Below, in pieces: positions 54,767-64,000 of a stretch of 64,000 nucleotides of DNA. Numbering within the stretch: position 1 is the first letter of the stretch; each line of letters begins with the position of its first letter. The notes beneath the pieces are model-generated. The model ran no database searches. It was not told the origin of the DNA and worked only from the letters and a program-made list of their open reading frames with translations. The stretch is from an uncultured Acidimicrobiaceae bacterium (GTDB lineage Bacteria > Actinomycetota > Acidimicrobiia > Acidimicrobiales > RAAP-2), in contig CAWJSI010000002.1 of assembly GCA_963845485.1 (NCBI GenBank), forward strand, positions 8,440 to 72,439. The letters run 5' to 3'. A program made the position numbers and the translations under genes.

Positions 54767-56035
54767 ATGTCATTCGTCAAAGGCCTAACGGGGCTGAGTC
54801 AGAAGGAGTTGGCCCTCCTTACTCCCGAGTATCTATTGGCCGGCCACCTGATCGACCGGGCAGGAATGCCGCATCTCATTGGCGCCTTTGGACGCGACGG
54901 TATGCGCGACATCGCCATCGACGAATGGATGGGCGCGAGCCCGGTGTACACCCGGAGGATGCAACGAGCGCTGGGGTTCGAAGGCGACTCGGTCGAAACC
55001 GTCTTTAAGGGGATGCAGCTCGACATCGGTGCACCGCCGCAGTTCATGGACTTTCGCTTTCGAATCACCGACCACGACTATGGCGAGTTCTGGCTGGACC
55101 ACTGTGGCGCCCTGATGGACGTCGAGCCTATGGGCCCCGACTACGTCAAGGCCATGTGCCACGACATCGAGGACCCTACGTTCGACGCCACCGCCATCGC
55201 CACCAATCCGCGGGCGCAGGTCCGTCCGATCCATCGGCCTCCACGAGTGCCCGCCGATCGATCACCCGTGTGCCATTGGACCGTCACCATCTCCGAAGAC
55301 CACCCCCTCCTGCCGGTACCCCCGGAAGCTGAAGCCATGGCCGCAACCCGTGCCGCCAACTTCGTGTTGGATCCCATCGAACCCGATGACCCGGGCCTCA
55401 GCGACTACCGCGGTCCCCTCGTACCCGATCTGCAATTCTCCGAGTGGTCGGCCTCGGCCCTGCGGCGGATCATTGACGAGGTCGGTCTACAGGGCCACCT
55501 GCTGGTCCTGTCGTTTCTTGCCGCTACGGCCAAACGCACGGATCATCCTGACAAGGCGAGTGAATTCGGACGGCGGCAGTTCACCGGTGTGGCAGGAGTA
55601 GCAGCCGCTCGCCTCCGGGACGCGTTGGAGCTGCCTGCCACATTGGCAGGCGCAGCTCGACTGCTAGCGCTGCATCCCGCCTTCCAGCCCTATGGATACG
55701 TGCACTGCGACGTGGATCTCGATGACGATCACCTTGTCGTCACCCTCGACCGGGACACGGCAGCAATGGCCGACGGTGCGTGGCCCTCGCTGTTGAGTGG
55801 CGACCATCTCGAACCTCTCGATGCCATGGCCTGGGAGATCGATCCCCACCTCCACTGCGAGACCGTCTCCGATGGTGAGTCTCTGGTCGTCGAGGTGGTT
55901 CGCAGCACTGCGCCAGCCCCACTCAGCGACGAAGTCATGATGACCCGCTTCAGCACGGGCACGACTCATAGGTTTGAGACTCGTGGCACTCCTGTCGCCA
56001 TCCGGACTTCAGGTTCAGCGACCCGAGACGGCTAG
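54767..56035 (+). CDS. Conserved-looking hypothetical protein (422 aa) with Cys/His cluster
   Basis: ATG 54767 after AAAGGGGA, 13 nt after the preceding stop. Contains EFWLDHCGALMD, AMCHDIEDP and PVCHWTV. No family recognised. Confidence 0.65.
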   Translation: MSFVKGLTGLSQKELALLTPEYLLAGHLIDRAGMPHLIGAFGRDGMRDIAIDEWMGASPVYTRRMQRALGFEGDSVETVFKGMQLDIGAPPQFMDFRFRITDHDYGEFWLDHCGALMDVEPMGPDYVKAMCHDIEDPTFDATAIATNPRAQVRPIHRPPRVPADRSPVCHWTVTISEDHPLLPVPPEAEAMAATRAANFVLDPIEPDDPGLSDYRGPLVPDLQFSEWSASALRRIIDEVGLQGHLLVLSFLAATAKRTDHPDKASEFGRRQFTGVAGVAAARLRDALELPATLAGAARLLALHPAFQPYGYVHCDVDLDDDHLVVTLDRDTAAMADGAWPSLLSGDHLEPLDAMAWEIDPHLHCETVSDGESLVVEVVRSTAPAPLSDEVMMTRFSTGTTHRFETRGTPVAIRTSGSATRDG

Positions 56036-56093
56036 ACACGCCTCACCACCACACTCGGTAAGAGTATCTCCGGTACTCCGGTCGGATCTGTTC

Positions 56094-56456
56094 CTAGTCG
56101 AGGCGGAAGTGCGGGTTATGGATGAACCCCAACACGCAGCCATCGGGTGTCCGCACTGAGGCAGTGACGATTCCGTCGCCTACCTCGGACACCGGCGAAT
56201 GCTCGGTTGAGCCAGAGGCAGTGGCGGTGGCGACCGCCTGTGGCACATCGGGGACCCCCCAGTAGACGAGGGCCCCATCCGCTGGGTCAGCGTCGGGCAT
56301 CAGCGCCAGCTCATATCCGGCCACCGAAAATCCGACATAGAACGGCTGGTCGAAGTAGGGGGCAACGCCCAGGAGAGCGGCCCACCACCGCTTGGCCGAT
56401 TCAAGATCGGGGGCCGGATAGATCACCGTGCGAAGTCCCTCGAAGGTGATTGCCAT
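56094..56456 (-). CDS. VOC/glyoxalase family protein
   Basis: VIYPAPDLESAKRWWAALLGVAPYFDQPFYVGF...GVPDVPQAV...TPDGCVLGFIHNP. Confidence 0.8.
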   Translation of the reverse strand: MAITFEGLRTVIYPAPDLESAKRWWAALLGVAPYFDQPFYVGFSVAGYELALMPDADPADGALVYWGVPDVPQAVATATASGSTEHSPVSEVGDGIVTASVRTPDGCVLGFIHNPHFRLD

Positions 56457-56547
56457 GTGCCGATTGTTGCACCCGGTCCGACGATGTCGCCGGGTTCGGT
56501 GCTGACCCAGTCAAAAGGGCTCTTGTCCGTACTGACATACTGGCGGC

Positions 56548-56901
56548 GTGGAACGTATCGTCGGAATAGGTGGCTACTTCATACGTGCCAGCGATCCAGC
56601 GGCCCTTGGCACCTGGTATCGCGAGTGCCTGGGCCTGGATGCTGATGAGAACGGTGTGTGGAGCCAGGAACCTGGAACGACTGTCTTCGCGACGTTCGAA
56701 TCGCAGACGGACTACTTGGGCTCCCACACCCAACAGACCATGATCAACTTCCGGGTTCGCGATCTGGATGCGATGCTTGCCCAACTGCGCTTGAAGGGCG
56801 CGAACGTGGCCGAAGAGACACAGGGGATGGACGGCGTCGGTAGGTTCGGCTGGGTCACCGATCCCGAGGGCAATCGAATCGAGCTCTGGCAGTCCACCTG
56901 A
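56548..56901 (+). CDS. VOC/glyoxalase family protein
   Basis: IGGYFIRASDPAALGTWYRECLGL...INFRVRDLDAMLAQLRLKGANV...WVTDPEGNRIELWQ. Confidence 0.85.
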   Translation: MERIVGIGGYFIRASDPAALGTWYRECLGLDADENGVWSQEPGTTVFATFESQTDYLGSHTQQTMINFRVRDLDAMLAQLRLKGANVAEETQGMDGVGRFGWVTDPEGNRIELWQST

Positions 56902-57099
56902 CCGGCTACGACAGCTGGCTACGTGCTCGCTCGCTACGAGGCACTCGGCCAGCGCCCGCTTTGCGCCTGACGCTGGGCGCTCGCCCACTGCCATCTCCGA
57001 CCCGACAGTCACCACTTCGTTCGATGGTTTGATCCCGTGTCGATACCTGAGTCGGCCTTGTGGGCCGGGACAGAAGATCCAGACCCGCTCCGACGGGGG

Positions 57100-57807
57100 T
57101 CATAAGCCAAGCAGCAGGTCCCCGACGACAGCCGGTTGGGACAGGAACGGGTGATGGCCGGCGTCGAGCTCGACCACTCGGCCAGCCCTGGCCGCGAACC
57201 CACGCTGCAGCCGAGCTGGTGTGCCCTTGTCTTGGGCACAGACGAGGTAGGTCGAGGGCACCTGTTTCCACGCAGCCGCACCTACCGGCTGTGTTGTCAC
57301 GTGAACACTTTGCCGTGCCAGTCTGGCTGCAGCCTGGGTCTGGATGTCAGGATCACAGTCCTGCAGGAACGTCTCGGCCAGTGCCTCCGGTCGGACACCG
57401 AAGGTGCCGCCGTCGGGGTCGATGTCGAGGAACGGGGACGGTGTCCCGTCGCCGAAATCGGAGAGGCTCTGCCCGACTTCGGGCAGGTAGCTCGAAACCA
57501 ACATCAGATGGTGCACCGATGCGACCTCGGCAGCCGCCTCGGCGGTGACGATCCCCCCGTAGCTGTGGGCTACGACAATCGTGGGCTCGTCGCTGCCAAC
57601 GAGGACCTGTCGGACCGCGGCCACATCCTCGGGCAGGCCTGGGCCGCCAGTACCACCCGGGTACCCACCCTCACCGCAACTAGGCAGCAGCGGTGCCACG
57701 CTCGGAACCCCACGTTGCCATAACAGCTCCGCCGCGCGGTGCCACCACCATGCGCCATCCCGAACACATGCCCCGTGAACGAACACAACTCTCATCGCCA
57801 TCTCCAT
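57100..57807 (-). CDS. Alpha/beta hydrolase
   Basis: VVFVHGA..., nucleophile elbow VVAHSYGG and C-terminal DAGHHPFLSQP. Confidence 0.8.
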   Translation of the reverse strand: MEMAMRVVFVHGACVRDGAWWWHRAAELLWQRGVPSVAPLLPSCGEGGYPGGTGGPGLPEDVAAVRQVLVGSDEPTIVVAHSYGGIVTAEAAAEVASVHHLMLVSSYLPEVGQSLSDFGDGTPSPFLDIDPDGGTFGVRPEALAETFLQDCDPDIQTQAAARLARQSVHVTTQPVGAAAWKQVPSTYLVCAQDKGTPARLQRGFAARAGRVVELDAGHHPFLSQPAVVGDLLLGL

Positions 57808-57915
57808 CCTTCTGAGGGCTCGACGCTACTGGCGAGGTCCGGAGGCCCAGACCGACGGAGTGATGATCGATCTCCCGAACCGAGAGGGCAACTGGCCAGT
57901 CCGCCCAGCGAAGGT

Positions 57916-58473
57916 TCACTGAGTGACGCGGTAGCGAAGGTGGGTGATCCCACTGCGGAAGCGCCCTTCGTCGATCAGTTGGAAGTCCATTCGCCCATGA
58001 CTGGGGAGGGCGTCCTTGCCGCCGCCAAGAACGATCGGCCAGAGGATCAAGTGGCACTCGTCCACCAGGCCCGCCTTCATCGCCTGAGCAGCAAGACCAG
58101 CGCCGCCGATGGTGAGATCGTGAATCTGGCCAGCCTTCATCCGGTGAATTGCCTCGGCGTCGAACTCCCGTTCCAGTGTGGTCCTATCGCTCGACACCGA
58201 AGCCAGAGTCTTTGAGAATACGACCTTGTCAGCCGCTCGCCAGATGCTGGCGAAGTCCACGACCCACGGGGGCTGATCAGCAGCAGGAGTGGATTCCCAG
58301 ACGACCATGGCCTCATACATGCGCCGCCCGTAGAGATAGCCGCCTACTGACCTCTGGATGTCGTTGATGAAACCGAAATACTCCTCATCTGGGGTACCCC
58401 AGTCGATGCCACCGGCCTGGTCCCCGACGTAGCCGTCGAGTGACATATTCGCTATGTAGATGAGCTTCGCCAT
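57916..58473 (-). CDS. Dihydrofolate-reductase-like (RibD C-terminal domain) family protein
   Basis: LIYIANMSLDGYV...GRRMYEAMVVWE...LVDECHLILWPIVLGGGK. Confidence 0.85.
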   Translation of the reverse strand: MAKLIYIANMSLDGYVGDQAGGIDWGTPDEEYFGFINDIQRSVGGYLYGRRMYEAMVVWESTPAADQPPWVVDFASIWRAADKVVFSKTLASVSSDRTTLEREFDAEAIHRMKAGQIHDLTIGGAGLAAQAMKAGLVDECHLILWPIVLGGGKDALPSHGRMDFQLIDEGRFRSGITHLRYRVTQ

Positions 58474-58802
58474 GGTGATTCCTCCGAAGGAGATCTCTCA
58501 AAAGTAGCCCCTGCTCGCGTTCAAGGACGGCAGACCAGTGTGCCATCTGCGTCAACCTCGAAGCGGAGATCGCTGATCCCGCGAGGGTCAATCGGTGGAG
58601 GATGGAGTGAGGGCGGCGAGCTGGTTCAGCGAGTTGAGAAGATGATCGACAGGCAAGGGCACGACTATCTCGTGTCGGCAGTGGAGGCCCGGAACCCGTT
58701 GGCCAGTTTCGATGCTCCGGGACGAGCCGGTCGCATGGGCGTCGATGGTGGGCGCCCCCCTGTGGATGGGGACCTGTCCGACTTGACGACAGCGAAAGCG
58801 GT

Positions 58803-59096
58803 TCAGGAGACCACGACATAGAACGTTTGTACGACTCCCTCATCGAGAGTGGCCAGTACTTTCTCGAGATGCCCACTCGCCATGATCAGCTCGCCGAATG
58901 CGGCGTCGTGCGCCTCCCGGGATGACCAGGTCTGGATGAAAGCCGAAGCTCGAGGATCGGCCTGGTCATGGAGGATGTCGAACGATTGACAGCCTTCGGC
59001 AGCCAACATCCGCCGACGTCCTTCGGACTGCAGCTCGAGGAGCGCCACCTCCTGGCCTTCCGCGGCGTGAAACCGGGTGACAGTGGTAACGCTCAT
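58803..59096 (-). CDS. Antibiotic-biosynthesis-monooxygenase (ABM) domain protein
   Basis: 97 aa. VTRFHAAEGQEVALLELQ...GCQSFDILHDQADPRASAFIQTWSSREAHDA. Confidence 0.8.
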   Translation of the reverse strand: MSVTTVTRFHAAEGQEVALLELQSEGRRRMLAAEGCQSFDILHDQADPRASAFIQTWSSREAHDAAFGELIMASGHLEKVLATLDEGVVQTFYVVVS

Positions 59097-59629
59097 GGGG
59101 TCTCGATTCTGAGGGGCTTGTCAGTACGGTAACCCACAGGCGGAAGAGCTGCTCGGCCAGCGTCGCTGCCCCAAATCCTCTGGTGTGGAGAAGCCCCTAT
59201 GGAGCCACATTGGGGTCGTGCGAGGATCTGCTACCGATTCATCACTCACCTATGGTGGCGCACGTCACTGCTCCATCTCGCTTCGAGGTAGTGCAGCTGA
59301 GGGCTCCGGCACCCGGCGTGGCCATCGTCCAGATCCGAAGGCAGGCGCTTACGGAGAAAGGAGTCGCGTTCTCTGAGATGGCCCTGTAGGGGCTGGTCGA
59401 GCGGGACGGGGACTGGTGGTTGACTACGGCTCACAATACGCAGATCACGCCGCCCGCTGCCGGTTGATCCCGCCACACCTTCAGCAGCCTTCGCAGAACG
59501 CAGGGATTCCCGTTCGACAGCCCGCTGGGGGCCAACTAGTGGCCATGGAGCGACGGTGGTGTCCCTCGCCCCGGGGCGGCAACCGTCGCTCGCGTGATAT
59601 CGCTCCCTCCAGGCATACACTGGAAAGGG

Positions 59630-59953
59630 ATGAATATTCCGATTGCCTGCACTCTTCAACCGAGCGATGCCCGGTCCCAACTGGGTGAGTGGCAGGAGCT
59701 GCATGGCCGGGCGATTGGTCGTACCGAGCGGGTCTCGCCGACTCGGCTTGAACTAACGCTGTTGCCCCAGCCCGATATTGAATCGATCATCGATCTTGCT
59801 CGGCGCGAGGTGGCCTGCTGCCCGTTCTTCTCGTTTGCCATTGAGATTCACGCAGAACACCTGGTCCTGGCGGTCAACGTGCCAGACGACGCGATTGGCA
59901 TTCTCGACCAGCTGGCCCTAACCCCCGATACACCGGCTTCTCCGGCCCCCTAG
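59630..59953 (+). CDS. Hypothetical protein with CTL...CCPFF motif
   Basis: ATG 59630 after GGAAAGGG. Reads MNIPIACTLQPSDARSQLGEWQEL...ARREVACCPFFSFAIE. I have seen this layout in uncharacterised actinobacterial proteins, but have no name for it. Confidence 0.55.
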   Translation: MNIPIACTLQPSDARSQLGEWQELHGRAIGRTERVSPTRLELTLLPQPDIESIIDLARREVACCPFFSFAIEIHAEHLVLAVNVPDDAIGILDQLALTPDTPASPAP

Positions 59954-59993
59954 CACCGCCACCACAACCTTTATTCGCGTTATCGGTCACAAT

Positions 59994-60737
59994 GTGCTTG
60001 TGGGTGGTTATCGCTTCGGGGTCGATCAGTCGGCCGCAGATCGACTCCGGCTCGTAGCGACGGCGTACGACCCGATCTCCCGACCGTTTCTCGCCGCCCA
60101 TGCACCCCAACAACCCAATGTGGCTATCGATCTTGGCTGCGGTCCAGCGTTCACCACCGAGCTGCTGACGGACGTCTGCCGACCAGGGAGAACCATCGGC
60201 GTTGATACCTCCGAAGAGTTCCTCGCTGCCGCGAGGGCTCGCCTGGTCGGAGTCCGATTCGAGGCTCGCGACGTCACCGAACTGCCGCTGCCCGGTGCAC
60301 CGGCCGACCTCATCTATGCCCGGCTTCTCCTGGCACATTTGGCAGAACCCACAGCGATTGCTCAGGCATGGCGAAGCCAACTCACTCCCGGCGGAAGGCT
60401 CCTCATCGAGGACCTCGAAGGGGTGGTCAACCCACCAGGTCCCCTCCGTGAGTACGAGGCGATTTCCGCCAGAATCGTCCGCTCCGGCGGCGGACTCATG
60501 TATGCAGGGGAAGAACTCTCCCACCTAGGTGGTGTACTCAGACCAGTGACAGTGCCAGGAGCATTGGCCGCGAGGATTTACCTGTTCAATGTCCGATACT
60601 GGCTGACTAGTGAAAGCCTCCCCGTTACCACGAAGGCGCTTCGACACCTCCAGCGAGGCCTCGAAGAAACGGCAACCGACGATGGCTGTTCAAGCGTCTC
60701 GTGGATCGTCCGCCAATTGGTCCTCCCGCCCTCCTGA
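59994..60737 (+). CDS. Class I SAM-dependent methyltransferase
   Basis: Motif I VAIDLGCGPAFTT, plus TIGVDTSEEFL and ADLIYARLLLAHL. Confidence 0.8.
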   Translation: MLVGGYRFGVDQSAADRLRLVATAYDPISRPFLAAHAPQQPNVAIDLGCGPAFTTELLTDVCRPGRTIGVDTSEEFLAAARARLVGVRFEARDVTELPLPGAPADLIYARLLLAHLAEPTAIAQAWRSQLTPGGRLLIEDLEGVVNPPGPLREYEAISARIVRSGGGLMYAGEELSHLGGVLRPVTVPGALAARIYLFNVRYWLTSESLPVTTKALRHLQRGLEETATDDGCSSVSWIVRQLVLPPS

Positions 60738-60961
60738 GCTCGTCCAAGCACCTGAGAAAGCCTTGTAAATCAACTTGAGCGTTGCCGGCATCATCGGTCT
60801 CCCTCCCGGGCAGGCGGTCCATTCGTCATGACCCAGTCTGACAAGCACCAAGGCGTGGCGCTGACTCCAGGTATCCACGGTCCACAACGTCCACCCGCAA
60901 GATCGGGAATTACCCGCCGAGGGAGCCGGGCCCTAACTCTCAGCCTGTGATCTACTGAATC

Positions 60962-61147
60962 ATGTTCTACGTAATCATCTTTTCGATTCTTGCCGTCGTT
61001 CTCGTCGTCGGGGGGATCTCGGGAATGTCGCGCCGTCGGAGGAGTCTGGAGCGTGAAGAGCACCACGACACCACGACGAAGTCAGCCCGAAACAGCCGGA
61101 AGCGCAAGCGGGCACAGTCGCGCCATGACCGCCGCAAGCGTCATTAG
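60962..61147 (+). CDS. Small single-pass membrane protein with a highly basic tail
   Basis: MFYVIIFSILAVVLVVGGISG, followed by RRRRSLEREEHHDTTTKSARNSRKRKRAQSRHDRRKRH. Confidence 0.45.
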   Translation: MFYVIIFSILAVVLVVGGISGMSRRRRSLEREEHHDTTTKSARNSRKRKRAQSRHDRRKRH

Positions 61148-61980
61148 CAGTTCTGTCGCCCACCAATGACGAATACAGGCGAGGCTGCTCTCACCATTCG
61201 AGTGGATCCGATCCATTCCAGGAACCATGGGATTCGAGTACCCCGAACCGAGTGAACGAAGTCCGATCAGCCAATGGTGAGCGCCTATGGCGATCCAACT
61301 GCACCTTGTGATCCCCTGATCGATAGGCGAAGGCACGCATAGCGGCGTCCTCTCTCCAACCGTGAGCGTCACCCGAGTCATCGGCAAAGTGCGGGAAGTT
61401 GAACACCTGCTTCGATTGCAGTCCATCCACGGCGACCATAGAGTCACGGACAAGTTCAGTTGCCGAAGGAGTTCTGCCGGTCTGGCCGGGTCGAATGCAT
61501 CATCGATGGTCCAGCCGACCGAGGTGATTGTGACGAGCGGGCCCCGTTGCCGACTTCGATCATCAACCGAAAACACCGGCCCCGGCGATGTTCTGTCCAT
61601 CCAGTTCACCTTGCCACGGTGACTGAACGGCTGGAGTAGCGCTGTCCATGTCTCTGAAGCTTCAGACAGGCACGGACGCCGCCGAATCAGGCATCCACGA
61701 GAGCCCGGGCAGACGCTTCCTCCGAATACAGACCGAACGGCAGCCATAGGCGTGCCTCCTGGGATCCGGCCTTGGCTCTCGCCCCAATCTCATCCCCACC
61801 CACCATCCATACGGCAGGCTCGCCCAACGGTCGGCGACACGTCGATGTTCCTCACCGTTTTGAGGTCATCGAATCGTGCGAGATGGACGCTGGCGTACGA
61901 ACACGGCTCCATCAGTGGATGGTGGGTGTCAATGGTCACATCACAGGGCTTCTGCTCGGCCCAGGGGCAGTAGCGTCCGC

Positions 61981-62370
61981 TCAGGCGGACAGCTCCTGCA
62001 CTCTGAGCGTATCGACGTGCTGCTGCATTGAGATGACTTTGCCATCGCGAAACGTCCAGACATGCGCCATCCGCACCTCTGCTGGCCTGCCTGTCGAGCG
62101 ATGCTTCCATGAGTAGGTACCGGTGGCGACCACCGTGTCGTCTTCGGCCACGAATCGGGTCGGGGTAACCGTGAACTCGTCGCCGATCTCACCGAGTCGC
62201 ATGAACACACCCTCGACCACCGCTTGCGGGCCAACGTAGGTGCCGTGGATCGGAAATCCCTCTGCCTCGGTCCACTCGATCTTGTCGTCCATCAACGCCA
62301 GCACCTTCGGTACGTCTCCCTGGGCAAAGGCTTGATAGGCGCCCTGGATGATCTGCTTGTTGGTCGGCAT
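61981..62370 (-). CDS. SnoaL-like / NTF2-fold protein
   Basis: IIQGAYQAFAQGDVPKVLALMDDKIEWTEAEGFP...VWTFRDGKVISMQQHVD. Confidence 0.8.
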   Translation of the reverse strand: MPTNKQIIQGAYQAFAQGDVPKVLALMDDKIEWTEAEGFPIHGTYVGPQAVVEGVFMRLGEIGDEFTVTPTRFVAEDDTVVATGTYSWKHRSTGRPAEVRMAHVWTFRDGKVISMQQHVDTLRVQELSA

Positions 62371-62971
62371 GTCAATCTCCCATCACGTTCCGCTTCTCTA
62401 GTTTCATTCTCCTGATCCGCTGTTACAGATGCGCGTCACCTGGCGTCCATCTGATTTGGTCCCGCTTGCAACCTTGACGGCCGCAGGGGGACGGGTTCGC
62501 AACGGTTAGCCGCTGGCGTAGTGCCAGGGAGGACGCCTTCGGCTCAGAGAAACGATTGCTGCATACCCGTGATCGTCAGATCAAGGCGCGCCCAAGTGCT
62601 TCTTGCTCTGCGAATTTGGACACCCAAGAAGGGAGCGATGGATGTCAAACACCGCGCCGACCTAGTACGCCCGCCCTTCCGTCACCACTTGGCCACCGGC
62701 CGCCGGATGCCCGGCACCTACGAAAGCATCTCCTTGGGCGGTTGCCAGCGAACGTTCACCGACCAACAGGAGACTTTTTGGATAGTTCCCCAGACGTACC
62801 CGGTTCGAGACGGTCGCGCTGAAGCCAACCTGGGCGTCAGCGTCGAGATGCCAGAACGGTGACCAATCATGACCCCATGTCTCGGGCTGCGGTATCGTGT
62901 GTGGGACTTAAAAGTGGGGCCATCGGGCGTCGGCGACGCGTGGCAGCACACTACAAACGGCGGAGGTAGTC

Positions 62972-64000
62972 ATGCGGGCACCTGCAAGGATTCTCACGGC
63001 GGGCGCGGCGGCGCTCATGACACTGGTGTTCCTCGGCCCTGTCGGCGCCGAGGCGGCCACGCCACACGTCCTGACGGTGTCGGCACAGGTCAGCGCGTCG
63101 AACTGGACGACAATGCCCAACACGAACAACACGGCGAACCAGACCAACGGAATGGCGAGCGTGTCCTGTGTGACGTCGGGCTGGTGCGTGGCAGTGGGTA
63201 ACGGAGGCAAAGTGAGTGTGGACTCGGCGAACATCGAGCTCTGGAACGGCACGACCTGGTCGCCAATGATGTCGCCAGTGGTGTCCGGTGAGACCGACAT
63301 CTACCTGAACGGGGTCTCCTGTGCGACAACCTCGTTCTGTGTCGCCGTCGGTGCCGTCGACACCACAACCTTTGCTCCACTGATCGAAACTTGGAACGGC
63401 ACCACGTGGAGCGTCGTCCAGTCCAGTCCGTTGTCCTCCACCTCGACCTTCCTGTCCGGCGTGTCCTGCCTTAGCAGCTCGTTCTGCATGGCGGTCGGCT
63501 GGATCGGGGCGGCCGGCGGCTCGGGATTGGTCGAGCAGTGGAACGGCTCGACCTGGACGGCCACCACCATCCTGCAGGCGTTTCAGGCCAACATTCACGT
63601 GTACGGAGTGTCCTGCACGACGCCCGTATTCTGCATGTTCGTCGGCGACTCGGTACTCGCCGGCACGTCCAATACTGGGCCATTCACCGACTATTGGAAC
63701 GGCTCGACCTGGACCGGGACGTACCAGCCGCCCATCTCTTCGAACACCGACTACCACCTCTACGGGGTGTCGTGCGTCGGGACGAAATTCTGTACCGCGG
63801 TGGGGGACACCCAGACAGGCGGACAACCGCCAACTTTGTACGGCCAGACCTGGTATGGCGATGAACTCTTCGATAGTTCGGCTTGGACGACGGCGGCCGG
63901 TCTCCCGGCCGTGTCGGGAGGGGCAAATCTGCGCGACATCAGTTGCTTCAGTGCCACCTCGTGCACGGCCGTGGGCGGCACCCCGAACACATTGGCCGTG
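62972..64000 (+). CDS. Secreted repeat protein (partial, runs off the window): at least six ~50-aa 'WNG.TW ... GVSC....FC.AVG' units
   Basis: Not in the ORF track because there is no stop before the window end. ATG 62972 follows GGAGGT. Signal peptide MRAPARILTAGAAALMTLVFLGPVGAEAA. I translated all 343 codons by hand and the frame is open throughout. The minus-strand ORFs here (62951..63826 and others) are shadows. Confidence 0.75.
   Translation, partial: MRAPARILTAGAAALMTLVFLGPVGAEAATPHVLTVSAQVSASNWTTMPNTNNTANQTNGMASVSCVTSGWCVAVGNGGKVSVDSANIELWNGTTWSPMMSPVVSGETDIYLNGVSCATTSFCVAVGAVDTTTFAPLIETWNGTTWSVVQSSPLSSTSTFLSGVSCLSSSFCMAVGWIGAAGGSGLVEQWNGSTWTATTILQAFQANIHVYGVSCTTPVFCMFVGDSVLAGTSNTGPFTDYWNGSTWTGTYQPPISSNTDYHLYGVSCVGTKFCTAVGDTQTGGQPPTLYGQTWYGDELFDSSAWTTAAGLPAVSGGANLRDISCFSATSCTAVGGTPNTLAV

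Noticed and set aside
58540-58821. 93-aa plus-strand ORF between the RibD-C and ABM genes.
   Set aside because: It overlaps the ABM gene's 3' end, has no SD and no family. Only a short stretch (ELVQRVEKMIDRQGHDYLVSAVEARNP) looks protein-like.
59102-59389. Faint MerR-like strings (…TLGSCEDLLP…IVQIRRQALTEKGVAFSEMAL*) upstream of the CCPFF-protein gene.
   Set aside because: Similarity is weak and needs gaps or frame changes, and there is no intact HTH. It is kept only as a search suggestion.
61082-61747. 221-aa minus-strand ORF, with an overlapping 82-aa ORF (61191..61439) in another frame.
   Set aside because: No recognisable family. Hand-checked third-position GC was not discriminating between frames. 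It overlaps the 3' end of the small basic-tail ORF. It may be a decayed gene, but I cannot support a call.

Overview
A 64 kb, very GC-rich chromosomal segment with an actinobacterial look: many GTG/TTG starts, 4-nt ATGA/GTGA overlaps between genes, apparently leaderless starts, and typical actinobacterial domain families. I support about 65 protein-coding genes. I found no rRNA, no convincing tRNA, no CRISPR array, and no transposase or integrase.

Content from left to right:
- ABC-F ATPase.
- Four translationally coupled genes: two DUF35-like plus two thiolase-like.
- Cys-type sulfatase.
- A multiply frameshifted gene for a large membrane protein.
- LMW tyrosine phosphatase.
- Two PPOX/F420-type genes, then SDR and DapB-like oxidoreductases.
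- MsbA-like ABC exporter, two MFS pumps and a TetR regulator.
- A secreted double beta-propeller protein.
- A Fe(III)-type ABC importer preceded by an IdeR/DtxR-like box.
- Two double-hotdog thioesterases plus an SDR.
- GH13 alpha-glucosidase.
- An XRE/DUF2384-like regulator, a class-III aminotransferase, and a polytopic membrane protein.
- A secreted metallophosphatase-FN3-propeller protein.
- A membrane-anchored collagen-like protein.
- Nitronate monooxygenase and purU.
- A permease with two FtsX domains and no partner ATPase.
- TrmH-type methyltransferase and an SRAP peptidase.

From about 50.4 kb to the end the DNA is visibly less GC-rich. That stretch is packed with small detoxification or stress-type enzymes (VOC x3, RibD-C x2, CMD, ABM, SnoaL, an alpha/beta hydrolase, a methyltransferase, TetR) and some decayed-looking stretches. 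It ends in a partial secreted Cys-pair repeat protein that is absent from the ORF track.

I did not find a clear-cut new defence or mobile system. The items most worth follow-up are:
- three secreted or surface repeat proteins built from two unnamed repeat types;
- the collagen-like protein;
- the thiolase-like/DUF35 module, whose thiolase motifs appear to lack the catalytic Cys and His;
- the frameshift-riddled membrane-protein gene;
- the low-GC enzyme patch.

All family names come from reading motifs by eye. No database search was run.
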